Shown here one piece after another: positions 10,108 to 20,689 of a DNA stretch of 64,000 nucleotides (its first letter is position 1; every line of letters starts with the position of its first letter). Where the stretch lies: assembly GCA_012839445.1 (NCBI GenBank), contig DUNI01000171.1, positions 3,800 to 67,799 on the forward strand, in the 5' to 3' direction. This DNA comes from Bacillota bacterium (GTDB lineage: Bacteria; Bacillota; DTU030; DUMP01). The notes beneath the pieces were generated by a model that ran no database searches, was not told the DNA's origin, and saw only the letters and a program-made list of their open reading frames with translations. Made by a program: the position numbers and the translations under genes.

Positions 10108-10123
10108 TGTGTTAAGGCCCCCT

Positions 10124-10663
10124 TTACTGTAGTTCAATTCTTAGCAGCTGGCGATATACTGGTCCTTGGGGGTTAAGAATGCTTTCATACAAGACAACAT
10201 TGCTTACCGGTATGACCAGATTATCAACTGGAAGGACTGGAAGCTTTATCCGCGTTGGCTGGCGAAGCCGGCCTAGGGTTAAATGAGGTGTGAAAGACCT
10301 GGTATCATAGGGAAAGCCTAAGCTTGCCAAGTGTTTCTCTAGGTCTCGTTGTAGTTTAGTTAGCATGTTATTGTGATCTTCTAACCCTACCCATAATATA
10401 TGAGCCCGCTGCAAATGTGGAAAAACCCCAGCCCTATTTACACGAATAGTGAAAGGATGGTAGCCGGCTAAAGCCGGCCGAGCAGCAGCGGCCACTTGTT
10501 TTAACTGGTTAGCTGAAACCTCACCTAAGAATTTCAGCGTTAGGTGTATGTTTTCCTCCTTTACCCATTTTACATTGGTAACAGTTTTTGACCAGATCTT
10601 CTGACAAGTGGCTAATTCCGCTTGTACATGAGACGGTAGAGGTAAGGCAAAAAACAATCGCAT
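10124..10663 (-). CDS. thpR: RNA 2',3'-cyclic phosphodiesterase (2H family, ThpR/LigT)
   Basis: Two HxT/Sx motifs (HLTLKFLG and HLTLGR) in a 179 aa protein. Confidence 0.8.
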   Translation of the reverse strand: MRLFFALPLPSHVQAELATCQKIWSKTVTNVKWVKEENIHLTLKFLGEVSANQLKQVAAAARPALAGYHPFTIRVNRAGVFPHLQRAHILWVGLEDHNNMLTKLQRDLEKHLASLGFPYDTRSFTPHLTLGRLRQPTRIKLPVLPVDNLVIPVSNVVLYESILNPQGPVYRQLLRIELQ

Positions 10664-10710
10664 GGATGTATCACCTGTCCTAAAACAAAACTGAAGTTAA
10701 TTTTTGCCAG

Positions 10711-12108
10711 CTAAATTGCTGGCTCCGCCGTTGTTTCTTCTGGTTGTGGAATTGCAGTACGTGTAAGTTCAAATCTGTTTTCCCTTGGATAAAGACTTAT
10801 CATGTCTATAGCATCGACTACCGGAGTTGTTCCTGAAATATCAATATAAAGTAGAGCTGCTGTGAGAGGAACCTCTTTTTCTCCAAGCAATCCTCGCAGT
10901 CCGGCCCCGCCTGTAGTGCCGGCGTTAACCAAAACAGACCCATTTTGGATTGTAACGCTAGGGATGTGAGTATGTCCGGTAAGAATTAATGGTATTTCAC
11001 CGGCAAAGGATTGTGCTACAGTAGGATTGTGAACAGCCAAGATGAAAGGCTGGTTAGTTTCTGACTGCAGCCAAAAACGGATAACGTTAACCTGATTAGA
11101 TACTTGCTGGGATGCAGCCGGTTCAAGACTGCCAGTTAACGATGCAGGATCCCTAAAGCCCAGTATGGAGATATTACTGAATTCTTCCGGCCCATCGAGC
11201 AATGTTATCCCTGGTATTTCCAGTACTTTTTCTGCAACTACAGGAGAATCGTGGTTGCCCAATACGAAGTAATAAGGAACTTTAATTAAAGCAAGATTCT
11301 TAAAGAAAGTTTCCTCTAATGGTGTGCCAAAGTCTGTAAGATCACCGGTGTCAATAATAAGGTCCGGTGAAAAATTGTCGCAGATCTCCAGAATAAAGTC
11401 AATGGCTAACGGGTTATTGTGTAGATCGGAAACATGTAAGATCCTAAGATCACGGTCTAGTTTTTCCGGTGGCAACTGCGAAGTTGATTTCGCCATAACC
11501 TGGCGTAAATTGCGAACAAACAGTTTGACACTGCTGCCAAGTGCATCCCAATTATGCCAAGCATTCTGAGCTAGTCCCAGCGCCCAAGGGGCTCCTCTTA
11601 AGGCGCCGCTGTAAACAGGGTTAGTTAAGGCTTGGGGTTCGTAGCTTATGACAGTCATAAGGGTTATCAGCAACGCAATAACAATTCCCGTAATACTGCC
11701 TCGGATGAAATTTTGTCTACTGCGCTTTATCAAGGTACTTCCCCAGGCTCCTCCCAAAGCAGCAATAGCAGCTGCACGCAGCAACAATTGACTTAAAAGC
11801 TGCCATTTTGGAGCTAATAGAGTCGTAATAAGCATTTCTTTGGATCCAGGTGCATTTAATAGTTGTTGCAGACTATCTAGATCTATATTTTGTAAGCTCA
11901 GCACCAAATTACATAGGCCCAGATGTGTCTTGGCTTCCATAGATCCTATTGGAGGAAGTTCCAGTCTGGTATAACCAAGTCCGGGAAGCACTTGTACGGA
12001 AAAGCGGAAGGCTGCCAATTGGAGATTAACAGTTGGACTGACTACGGAAAGAAAGACGATTGCTCCTACTACAGCGCACAAAATTAGGATGAAATCCCTC
12101 CGCTTCAT
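10711..12108 (-). CDS. membrane-anchored calcineurin-like metallophosphoesterase
   Basis: Several N-terminal TM helices, then HVSDLHNN, GDLTDFG, GNHD and GHTH motifs. Confidence 0.8.
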   Translation of the reverse strand: MKRRDFILILCAVVGAIVFLSVVSPTVNLQLAAFRFSVQVLPGLGYTRLELPPIGSMEAKTHLGLCNLVLSLQNIDLDSLQQLLNAPGSKEMLITTLLAPKWQLLSQLLLRAAAIAALGGAWGSTLIKRSRQNFIRGSITGIVIALLITLMTVISYEPQALTNPVYSGALRGAPWALGLAQNAWHNWDALGSSVKLFVRNLRQVMAKSTSQLPPEKLDRDLRILHVSDLHNNPLAIDFILEICDNFSPDLIIDTGDLTDFGTPLEETFFKNLALIKVPYYFVLGNHDSPVVAEKVLEIPGITLLDGPEEFSNISILGFRDPASLTGSLEPAASQQVSNQVNVIRFWLQSETNQPFILAVHNPTVAQSFAGEIPLILTGHTHIPSVTIQNGSVLVNAGTTGGAGLRGLLGEKEVPLTAALLYIDISGTTPVVDAIDMISLYPRENRFELTRTAIPQPEETTAEPAI

Positions 12109-12128
12109 TTTGTCGCTCCTTAAATAAC

Positions 12129-13370
12129 TTATTTTTCAAGAAGATGTTGCCGTATTAGATTCAATAATGCTTGAGCAGCTCGTTGTTTGATAATTTCCCG
12201 AACCCCATGCCATTGATAACAACGGGAATAAACGCCGGTATTACTAGCAACGGCTACGTATACAAGCCCTACTGGTTTTTCGGATGTTCCCCCACCCGGC
12301 CCTGCTATCCCGGTAACAGCCCCACCAATGTCGGCTTGAGTTATAGATCTGATACCGGCGGCCATAGCTTCTGCAACTTCTTTGCTTACTGCACCATGTC
12401 GGTGCAACATTTCCGTTGGTACTTGCAGGAGGGTTGTTTTTAGTTGGTTACTGTAGGACACAACGCCTCCCTTGAAATAGCGGGAACTTCCAGGCACATT
12501 AGTTAACCAATTAGCTACTAAGCCACCAGTACATGATTCTGCAACTGCTAAGGTTAAGTTGTGTTTTTTCAACAGTCGGCCTACTATTTCCTGCATGGTT
12601 TCTTCATCTCGAGCAAAAATATATTGGCCTAAGCGAGCCTGCAGTTTTTGTTCCAGGTTATACAGCAGGTTGTTTGCTTCGGTGTCGGAAGCAGCTTTAG
12701 CTGTAAGACGATACTGAATCTCTGTTGGTTTTGCGTATGAAGCTAAAGTAGGGTTGATACTAGCCACTAGATCCTTTACTATTTCCTCAGCTTGTGACTC
12801 ACCGATACCGTAAAGCTTAACAATACGCGACTTTATTACGGTATGTTTATCCCCCAGCAAATTAACCAGACGGGGTATAACGTGATTTTCGAACATGGGT
12901 TGTAGCTCAAAAGGCGGGCCGGGAAGGATGACTACTATCTTGTCCTTGTATTCTAGCCATACGCCAGGCGCAGTACCGTTAGGGTTTGGAAGGGCTATGC
13001 CACCTTTGGGGAGCAAAGCCTGTTTAATATTATTATCAGTCATGTGGCGACCGCGCCTAGAGAAAAAGCAACGGATTGTTTTCAAAGAAGCAGAATCTAA
13101 GATTAACTCCAGATTTAAGAATTCGGCTACGGTTTCTTTAGTCATATCGTCTTGAGTGGGACCCAGCCCTCCAGTTAGAATAAGAATGTCAGCTCGTTCC
13201 CATGCTGCCCTTAAAGACGTCTTAAGCCGTCTTTTATTGTCACCAACAGTGACTATATGATGAAGTCCGATTCCTAGTGCCGCCAATTGTTCCCCTAGGT
13301 ACTGAGCATTAGTATTGGATATTTGGCCAAGCAGAAGCTCTGTTCCCACCGAAATAATTTCAGCTTCCAT
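12129..13370 (-). CDS. cinA: competence/damage-inducible protein CinA (MoCF-binding plus nicotinamide-nucleotide amidase domains)
   Basis: 413 aa starting MEAEIISVGTELLLGQI.NTNA, with C-terminal AESCTGG. Confidence 0.9.
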   Translation of the reverse strand: MEAEIISVGTELLLGQISNTNAQYLGEQLAALGIGLHHIVTVGDNKRRLKTSLRAAWERADILILTGGLGPTQDDMTKETVAEFLNLELILDSASLKTIRCFFSRRGRHMTDNNIKQALLPKGGIALPNPNGTAPGVWLEYKDKIVVILPGPPFELQPMFENHVIPRLVNLLGDKHTVIKSRIVKLYGIGESQAEEIVKDLVASINPTLASYAKPTEIQYRLTAKAASDTEANNLLYNLEQKLQARLGQYIFARDEETMQEIVGRLLKKHNLTLAVAESCTGGLVANWLTNVPGSSRYFKGGVVSYSNQLKTTLLQVPTEMLHRHGAVSKEVAEAMAAGIRSITQADIGGAVTGIAGPGGGTSEKPVGLVYVAVASNTGVYSRCYQWHGVREIIKQRAAQALLNLIRQHLLEK

Positions 13371-13524
13371 GGCTACCTGTCACCATCTTTCTTTAGTTGA
13401 TTCGTTGTTTGTAGTCCTTGTTAATTTCGGCAAAAGGCATGTTTCTCCTGCTAAATGGTCAGGGAAAGCATTTTAAACCTACTAAGGAGTTTGTATTCCC
13501 GAATGCTTGTTGTGAGCGTAGAAG

Positions 13525-13560
13525 AGTAAAAAAGGTGCCGGCTAAACGGCCAGCACCTTT
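13525..13560 (-). terminator. intrinsic terminator after the FtsH-like gene
   Basis: Stem GGTGCTGGC/GCCGGCACC (one mismatch) followed by TTTTTT. The hairpin includes the stop codon. Confidence 0.7.
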
Positions 13561-15062
13561 TCTGTTTTGCTATTTGAATCGGCTGCCAGACGTTTCTGGG
13601 ATAAAGATGCTCTTAACTCTTCACCTTCTAGCCGTTCTTTTTCCATCAGCTTATGAGCGAGGGCCACTACGTGAGATCGCTGTTCTTGGAGAATACGTTT
13701 GGTTTCTTGTTTTTCTTGGTTTAGGATTTCACTAATCGCTTCTTGCAAACATGCGTTTGACGTATCATTTACCGATATTAAACCCAGAGATGACATGCCG
13801 GCTTGGATCATTTTCTTGACTATGCTAACTGCATGCTCTAAATCTCCTTGAGCACCGGTGCTTCCGCTGCCGAGCAATAACTCTTCTGCAACTAAACCGG
13901 CCAAGAGGATTTTTAATTGAGCCCTCAAATAGGTTTCGGTATATAGATAGGAATCATTCTTAGGTATTTGCCTGGTATATCCAAGTGCTTGACCGCGTGA
14001 AATTATAGTTAAAGCAGCCACTGATCCGGGTCTTACTTTTTCGCTAACTACGGCATGACCAACCTCGTGAACAGCAATACGCCAAAGTTCTTCTTTATGT
14101 GGACGGCGATCTAGTTTTTCACCCAAACTGACTTTATCAATGGACTCAATTAGGTGTCGTTGCATAATAACACTACTGTTTTCCCGTAAGGCCAAAATAG
14201 CAGCCTCATTAGCTAAGCTTTCCAGGTGTGCGCCCGAGAAACCAAATGTTGCTCTGGCAATTGCCGTTAAATCTACATCATCAGCTAACGGCTTGTTGTT
14301 TGTGTGCAGCTTTAGAATCTGATGACGTCCTTCTTTATCAGGAAGATCTACTCTTACCACACGATCAAATCGTCCTGGTCTAAGCAATGCCGGATCAAGC
14401 ATGTCTTGGCGATTAGTAGCAGCAATTACCAAGATCTTAATGTTAGTTGAGCTTTTGATACCATCCATCTCGGCCAAAAGTTGGTTCAAGGTTTGGTCGT
14501 ATTCCATATGGCCTTGGTATTGACCCCGTTTGCTGCCCAGTACATCAATTTCATCGATAAAGATTACAGCCGTACGTTTGTGATTTTGAGCAGCCAAGTG
14601 GCGGGCTCGTTGGAATAAGCCTCGTACCCGCTGTGCTCCAACCCCGGCATACATTTCGATGAACTCGCTGCCGGCTACAGACAAGAATACAGCATCAGTA
14701 TAAGTAGCTGCGGCTTTAGCAAGTAATGTTTTGCCTGTTCCTGGAGGCCCAGTTAGCAGAATGCCTTTAAGGGGTTTAATACCCAGCGTCGCCGCTTTTT
14801 CATCAGTCTTGATAAAATCAAGTGCTTCCTGCAGTTCCTTTTTGGCAGTTTGTTGTCCGCCTACTTGTTGGAAAGTTATGGGGGTTAAGGTGGTTTCGGT
14901 AGAATCATGTCCTAAGTGACGGCGCAGGACCTTTAATCCGCCTCGCTCATAGAAAACATAAAGCAAGATACCTACCAAGAGCAAGGGTAACACATCTAAT
15001 CCCTGAAGTAGAGCAAAGAATAGAATGCCTAGTCCTAAACCGAGTGCTACTTCTTTTTTCAT
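13542..15062 (-). CDS. short FtsH-like AAA+ zinc metalloprotease paralog (no extracytoplasmic domain)
   Basis: Walker A GPPGTGKT, Walker B IIFIDEID, HEVGHAV zinc site. I prefer ATG 15062 (MKKEVALGLG), which forms an ATGA overlap with the upstream ORF stop. The track start at 15149 would add a non-membrane extension. Confidence 0.8.
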   Translation of the reverse strand: MKKEVALGLGLGILFFALLQGLDVLPLLLVGILLYVFYERGGLKVLRRHLGHDSTETTLTPITFQQVGGQQTAKKELQEALDFIKTDEKAATLGIKPLKGILLTGPPGTGKTLLAKAAATYTDAVFLSVAGSEFIEMYAGVGAQRVRGLFQRARHLAAQNHKRTAVIFIDEIDVLGSKRGQYQGHMEYDQTLNQLLAEMDGIKSSTNIKILVIAATNRQDMLDPALLRPGRFDRVVRVDLPDKEGRHQILKLHTNNKPLADDVDLTAIARATFGFSGAHLESLANEAAILALRENSSVIMQRHLIESIDKVSLGEKLDRRPHKEELWRIAVHEVGHAVVSEKVRPGSVAALTIISRGQALGYTRQIPKNDSYLYTETYLRAQLKILLAGLVAEELLLGSGSTGAQGDLEHAVSIVKKMIQAGMSSLGLISVNDTSNACLQEAISEILNQEKQETKRILQEQRSHVVALAHKLMEKERLEGEELRASLSQKRLAADSNSKTEKVLAV

Positions 15063-15595
15063 GTTGTGACTGTCCTCCTCTGAGGCGGAACACGATGACG
15101 GACGGCATATAAATAAGTCTCGTCTTGATAAAGCTCCAGATAAATACATTCCTCATCAACATAGAAGTTCTCACTAACACCCTTGGTAGCTGCCAAATCG
15201 CTGATCCTTTCAGCTACGGTAGCAAAATTGCCCTGCACGACTGCTTCCTCGATGTGTATTTGCATTTGCCAATAGAGTTCTGTTAGCAAAGGGGTACGGT
15301 TGTCAACAATCTTTAATGTGAAGCTGTCAGGGCTTAGATTACGCCGTGCTACGTCCTTGGCTTGCTGGTAAACAGATGGCAGATTGCCAACGGCAGAAAT
15401 CTGAAGTACTATATCATGGCCAGCCGGCGTTTTTTCCAGCTTTGCTGTTGTAACACCTGGTATGCTTTGGAGTTCGTTTAATAGAGGGCGCTCTACAAAG
15501 AATCGCCCATAAGCAATTTGACCCCCAACAAGAATAAACACTGTCAGTAAGGCCAATGCCACCATAATATCAATTCTGAATTTACGATACTTCAT
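15059..15595 (-). CDS. hypothetical single-pass membrane protein with a roughly 150 aa extracytoplasmic domain
   Basis: 178 aa with N-terminal TM helix MVALALLTVFILVGG. Its stop overlaps the FtsH-like start (ATGA). Confidence 0.5.
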   Translation of the reverse strand: MKYRKFRIDIMVALALLTVFILVGGQIAYGRFFVERPLLNELQSIPGVTTAKLEKTPAGHDIVLQISAVGNLPSVYQQAKDVARRNLSPDSFTLKIVDNRTPLLTELYWQMQIHIEEAVVQGNFATVAERISDLAATKGVSENFYVDEECIYLELYQDETYLYAVRHRVPPQRRTVTT

Positions 15596-15703
15596 AGGCC
15601 AGGTCTCTCCCCTCGTTTACCTGGCCCCTATTATAACATAAGAGGCCCTACCACTTAGCAGGCAAAGCCTGGTGGCAGGGCCAAAATATAACTCTAATCT
15701 TAG

Positions 15704-16243
15704 TTACGATGTGGACCACAATTCCTGGCTTTTCAAAAAGTAGTCTATTCCGGAAGCTAAGGTTAAAATTACTGCCAACGACATGGTAATATTACCGATA
15801 GGAATATGCCATAAACTAAAAGGATAATCCTCTACCAACAATGCGCAAATAGCGATAATTTGAAAGATAGTTTTTAATTTGCCGAGGGGGCTAGCAGAAA
15901 TTACAATTCCATCAGTTGCAGCAATTGCTCGAAGACCGGTAACAGCAAGTTCACGCCCGATTATAATGAGAGCCACCCAGGAAACTAAGCGGCCACTTTC
16001 TACCAAGATTAGTAAGGCAGCACTAACCAGCAGCTTATCTGCCAAAGGATCTAGCAACTTGCCTACACGGGTTACTTCCTGACGACGACGAGCCAAGTAA
16101 CCATCCAAGGTATCAGTCAAGGCTGCAATGACAAAAACAAAAGTTGCCAAATAGTCACCATAGGGTAGTTTCAACCAGGCAATTAACATAAACACAGGAA
16201 TCAAAAAAATTCGTACCAGGGTGATCTTATTGGGTAGGTTCAC
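15704..16243 (-). CDS. pgsA: CDP-diacylglycerol-glycerol-3-phosphate 3-phosphatidyltransferase
   Basis: CDP-alcohol phosphatidyltransferase motif D.LDG..AR....T..G..LDP.ADK. Confidence 0.9.
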   Translation of the reverse strand: MNLPNKITLVRIFLIPVFMLIAWLKLPYGDYLATFVFVIAALTDTLDGYLARRRQEVTRVGKLLDPLADKLLVSAALLILVESGRLVSWVALIIIGRELAVTGLRAIAATDGIVISASPLGKLKTIFQIIAICALLVEDYPFSLWHIPIGNITMSLAVILTLASGIDYFLKSQELWSTS

Positions 16244-17579
16244 TTATTACTCTCCCCTTTAGGTCATAAGTAGTGGCCCGCTCGATAATCACTTCTCTAA
16301 ACTGCCCTGGTGTCAAATGTGTTCCTTTAACATAGGTAACCCCATCAACTTCCGGAGCTTGTCTAAAACAACGTCCCACACCACCTTGGCGTGTTACTCC
16401 TTCAATAAACACAGAGAGCTGCTTTCCCACCCAAGTTTGGTTGCGTTCCCTAGAAATTGACTGTTGGCATTGCAGGAGTCGCTGCAGACGTTCTTGCTTA
16501 ACTTCATTCGGCACTTGATTAGGAAGCATATATGCTGGGGTACCTTGTTGTGGTGAATAAGCAAAGGCCCCTACCCAATCAAGTTGTGCTTGGCGCATAC
16601 AATGTAGTAGTTCCTCAAAGTCAGCATCAGTTTCTCCTGGAAAGCCAACAATAAACGTAGTCCTTATAGCTGCATCAGGCAAGAGCTTACGAATTTTAGC
16701 AAAAAGGTTCATTAGTGTTTTCTGCCGGCTTTTGCGTCCCATAGATTTTAATATGCGGTTACTAAAATGCTGTACAGGTATATCCAAGTAACGACATATC
16801 TTGGGTTCTTCTGCTATAACATTCAATAAGTCATTAGTGATGTGCTCCGGATAGAGATACAGCAATCTTATCCATTTGAGATTATTTATTTTACAAAGTT
16901 TTCGTAACAGATTTGGTAAGCGGCACTCTCCGTACAGATCCAGTCCATAACTGGTAGTATCTTGAGCTATAAGAATCAATTCTTTTACCTCTAAGTTTAC
17001 TAAATGCTGAGCTTCTTTGACAATGTTTTCTTCAGGCCTACTTGTCAAAGGTCCTCTAAGCTGAGGAATAACACAATAAGCACAATGGTTATGGCAACCT
17101 TCAGCTAGCTTTAGATAAGCTGTTCCAATAGGGGTGGTTAGTAATCTATTACCTTCAAGTACTCCTCCCGGCGCACCTACTCGTATGACAGTGCTGTCTT
17201 TATCTACCTGCCGTATTATTTCGGGTAGATGTTTCAGCTCATTAGTACCTAACACTGCATCTATTTCCGGTATTTCACAGGCAATATCTTTGGCATAACG
17301 CTGGGCCAAACAACCGGTCACTATAAGTTTTTTGCATTTGCCATGAGTCTTGTATTGTGCCATTTCTAAAATAGTGTCGATGGCTTCTTGTTGGGCATCA
17401 GTAATAAAGGCGCAAGTGTTTACAACCAGAATGTCTGCCTCTTTAGGATCAGCGGTAAGCTTGTATCCTTCTTCTATTAATGTCGCCAGCATATGCTCAG
17501 AGTCAACTAAATTTTTAGCGCAACCTAAAGAAATCACGCTTGCTGTCTTTTGTTCCACTAGATGCTTCCTTTCTGCCAT
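16227..17579 (-). CDS. rimO: radical-SAM methylthiotransferase (RimO/MiaB family, likely ribosomal protein S12 methylthiotransferase)
   Basis: N-terminal SLGCAKN..D, radical SAM CHNHCAYC and a C-terminal TRAM-like domain. Lies upstream of pgsA, as in many Clostridia. Confidence 0.8.
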   Translation of the reverse strand: MAERKHLVEQKTASVISLGCAKNLVDSEHMLATLIEEGYKLTADPKEADILVVNTCAFITDAQQEAIDTILEMAQYKTHGKCKKLIVTGCLAQRYAKDIACEIPEIDAVLGTNELKHLPEIIRQVDKDSTVIRVGAPGGVLEGNRLLTTPIGTAYLKLAEGCHNHCAYCVIPQLRGPLTSRPEENIVKEAQHLVNLEVKELILIAQDTTSYGLDLYGECRLPNLLRKLCKINNLKWIRLLYLYPEHITNDLLNVIAEEPKICRYLDIPVQHFSNRILKSMGRKSRQKTLMNLFAKIRKLLPDAAIRTTFIVGFPGETDADFEELLHCMRQAQLDWVGAFAYSPQQGTPAYMLPNQVPNEVKQERLQRLLQCQQSISRERNQTWVGKQLSVFIEGVTRQGGVGRCFRQAPEVDGVTYVKGTHLTPGQFREVIIERATTYDLKGRVISEPTQ

Positions 17580-17630
17580 AAACTTTGATCGATTTTACCA
17601 GTTGATTTAGAAAATACAAGTTAGCCTGAT

Positions 17631-18464
17631 TTATGGCTTCCGCTCAATGGTAATGTTGCGCGGTTGACCGGTTTTACCGACCGCGCCAATATGGACATCA
17701 TTAATGCTGAGGCTTACTACACCTGCATTGCCAGCTCGAAGCCATATCTTGTTATTAGCGGTAAATGTACGATTACTGCCAGCAACAAGGGTTTCAGATA
17801 TTTCAGCAGAATCATCAACGCGCACTGCCATCCAGCACCGATCGGTGGTAATTGTTATTTCAATTTGCAGTGGACCAGTTGCTTGATAGACTACTTCTTC
17901 GGGAGTATCAATTTTTGTTTGAACATCGTCTGGAAATAGACTGAGGTCCTTTTCTTCTTCAGGGCTTGGTTTCGTATAAGAGGTATCCGGAGAAGATGGG
18001 ATAGGTGATTGATTTGTAGAAGGTGGTTCATAAGGTTTTGGGACAGGAGTGTTCCATACCTTGGTTAACATAAAGACAGCAGCCACCAGAATAAGCATTA
18101 GTAACGCCGGTAGCAACGCCCGATTATAAAACCGTCGTCTTATGGGTGTCCAGGGACTTGTTGACGTAGGAGGTGAGTTAATATCATTCTGCTTGCTCTT
18201 ACTTTGGGAATAGCGTCTAACCAACTCTTCGCCTGGTAACCCTAAGAAATTAGCATAATTCTTAAGAAAGCCTTTAAGATAAACTTCGCCTGGCAGTGCA
18301 TTTCTAGCACCCTGCTCAAGTGCCTCTAGGTAGTAGCGACGAATCTTTGTTTCTTCTTGGGCAACTTCAATTGTTAGCCCCTTTTCTTTGCGAGTTTCAC
18401 TAAGTAAAGCGCCTATCTGGGCTAGCACTTGTGTCTGATCTACTAAATTGTTATTATCGGGCAA
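17631..18464 (-). CDS. RodZ-like cytoskeleton protein (XRE HTH, TM helix, DUF4115-like C-terminus)
   Basis: HTH segment LSETRKEKGLTIEVAQEETKIRRYYLEALE, a P/S/T-rich linker, a TM helix and a beta-rich C-terminus. Confidence 0.7.
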   Translation of the reverse strand: MPDNNNLVDQTQVLAQIGALLSETRKEKGLTIEVAQEETKIRRYYLEALEQGARNALPGEVYLKGFLKNYANFLGLPGEELVRRYSQSKSKQNDINSPPTSTSPWTPIRRRFYNRALLPALLMLILVAAVFMLTKVWNTPVPKPYEPPSTNQSPIPSSPDTSYTKPSPEEEKDLSLFPDDVQTKIDTPEEVVYQATGPLQIEITITTDRCWMAVRVDDSAEISETLVAGSNRTFTANNKIWLRAGNAGVVSLSINDVHIGAVGKTGQPRNITIERKP

Positions 18465-18482
18465 TTATCAACTCCCCCCTTG

Positions 18483-20630
18483 TCATAGCTCCGCCGATTC
18501 CAAGAGATGCTGGTAGCGTTCTTTGGTAATCAGTACTTCTCTGGGCTTACTACCTTCTAGCGGACCGACGTAACCTTTGGCTGCCAACTGATCAATGATA
18601 CGTGCTGCCCTAGTATACCCAATGCGAAACCGACGTTGCAGGTAGGAAGCTGATGCTTGACCGGTTTCCACAATGAGTTCCAGGGCTTTGTAAAACAATT
18701 CATCTACTTCTTCCTCTGCACTGTTGTTCCTGGTGGCATTAGGTTGTACCTTTAAGATGGCTTCTTGGAATTCGGGCTCACCTTGATTATGCCAGAATTC
18801 AACTAATTTTTCTACCTCATTATCTGAAATAAATGCTCCCTGTACCCGTAGTGGTTTCGATGCTCCCACTGGGAAAAACAGCATGTCTCCTTTTCCTAAC
18901 AATTTTTCGGCGCCGTTCATATCTAAAATTGTGCGGGAGTCGGTTTGTGACGATACCGCAAATGACAGTCGAGAAGGTATATTGGCTTTAATAAGACCGG
19001 TTATTACGTCTACAGATGGCCGTTGAGTTGCTACCACCAGATGCATACCCGCTGCTCGTGCCATTTGGGCTAGACGGCAAATAGATTCCTCTACATCTGC
19101 TGGGGATATCATCATTAAATCTGCTAATTCGTCGATTACTATTACAATAAATGGAAGCGCTGACTCTGGCTTAGCTTCATTGTAACGCCTAATATCGCGA
19201 ACGCCGGCGGCTGCAAATAAACTATATCTATTTTCCATTTCAGTAACAGCCCAATTCAAAACGCCAGCTGTTTTCTTAACATCAGTAACCACAGGGGCTA
19301 GCAAATGAGGAGTACCATTATAACTAGCAAGTTCCACCATTTTGGGATCGATCAAAAGCAGTTTAACTTGATTAGGGGTAGACTTATATAAAATGCTACT
19401 TATTAGCGAATTGATGCATACGCTTTTACCGGAGCCAGTAGCACCGGCAATGAGAAGATGAGGCATCTTGGCAAGGTCAGCAATTACAGGAGCGCCACTG
19501 ATATCCTTCCCCAAAGCAATAGTCAAAGGAGAGCGTGAATCGGCAAAAGTTGCCGATTCGATTACTTCTCGGAGAAATACCGGTTGAATTTCTTTGTTGG
19601 GTACCTCGATACCGATTGCTGCTTTGCCCGGTATAGGTGCCTCGATACGAACGTCGGTAGCAGCTAAGCTAAGCGCAATATCATCGGACAGTGAAACAAT
19701 GCGACTGACTTTAGTTCCTGGCGCAGGATTAATTTCGTATTGTGTTATGGCTGGACCACAGCTTACCTCTGTTACTTTTGCTTTTACGCCAAAGTTAGTC
19801 AGTGTCTGTTCTAAAATCCGTACATTTTCATTGATATTCTTTTCAATTCGCTGATCCTTAAGTCGAACCGGTCTGCGTAGCAGACTTACAGAAGGCAAAC
19901 GGAAAGATCCCTTATTTGGCATCACTGGCTGAGTAGATTCCAACGTACTATCGTGCTCTTTATTTGCTGATGAAGCGGTTATGGTAGCTGTTTGTGTAGG
20001 CATTATGGATTTTGGATCTGGCCTTTTTATTTTTACTTCCTTGGTACGATCATTGAATCTGCCTTGACTTTTATCGACGGAATTGCGAATAGAGAAGTGC
20101 CGTGATTCTTGTTTAGAAGCTAGTTTGTTTCTTAACTTAATACTTAGAGCTAGAAAAAAGTCTTCATTGATCAATATTAAAGCTATGATAGCTAAAGCGA
20201 CAAGCAGAATCCAGCTGCCAATACGACCAAAAAGCCGAAGTAGGCCCAAGGCCAACACTTTGCCAATAAGACCGCCCCGTCCAGCTGGGTACAGGGATAT
20301 CCCTGGTTCTTCAGAACTACATAGTTGCAACCCAGTGACGAGTACAAGAAAAAGAAAAACAAGACCACTCATTTCTTCTGTTTTAATCTGGCGCCCAAGC
20401 ATTATGGCTAGGGCAACGAAAAGGCTGACCAGCGGCAGTGGGTAAGCTGCTACACCAAATAGAGATAACAGTACCCGCTGAAAGAAACCGCCAACTAATC
20501 CCGTGCGCTCAGAAAATAGACTTACCAAAACCAGCAACGAAGCTGCCGTTACCAGAACTGCACCTGTAAGAGTTGGTCTGTTATAACTTGTACGTTTACT
20601 CTGTTGACTTTGTGGCATTAGCCACCCCAC
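18483..20630 (-). CDS. ftsK: DNA translocase FtsK/SpoIIIE
   Basis: N-terminal TM helices, Walker [19 protein letters not shown] and a C-terminal gamma wHTH ([21 protein letters not shown]). Confidence 0.93.
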   Translation of the reverse strand: MGWLMPQSQQSKRTSYNRPTLTGAVLVTAASLLVLVSLFSERTGLVGGFFQRVLLSLFGVAAYPLPLVSLFVALAIMLGRQIKTEEMSGLVFLFLVLVTGLQLCSSEEPGISLYPAGRGGLIGKVLALGLLRLFGRIGSWILLVALAIIALILINEDFFLALSIKLRNKLASKQESRHFSIRNSVDKSQGRFNDRTKEVKIKRPDPKSIMPTQTATITASSANKEHDSTLESTQPVMPNKGSFRLPSVSLLRRPVRLKDQRIEKNINENVRILEQTLTNFGVKAKVTEVSCGPAITQYEINPAPGTKVSRIVSLSDDIALSLAATDVRIEAPIPGKAAIGIEVPNKEIQPVFLREVIESATFADSRSPLTIALGKDISGAPVIADLAKMPHLLIAGATGSGKSVCINSLISSILYKSTPNQVKLLLIDPKMVELASYNGTPHLLAPVVTDVKKTAGVLNWAVTEMENRYSLFAAAGVRDIRRYNEAKPESALPFIVIVIDELADLMMISPADVEESICRLAQMARAAGMHLVVATQRPSVDVITGLIKANIPSRLSFAVSSQTDSRTILDMNGAEKLLGKGDMLFFPVGASKPLRVQGAFISDNEVEKLVEFWHNQGEPEFQEAILKVQPNATRNNSAEEEVDELFYKALELIVETGQASASYLQRRFRIGYTRAARIIDQLAAKGYVGPLEGSKPREVLITKERYQHLLESAEL

Positions 20631-20689
20631 CTTATTGGTATATCCTGGTTACCTGATAAAAACATTCTACGTACTGAAGCTATAATCCT

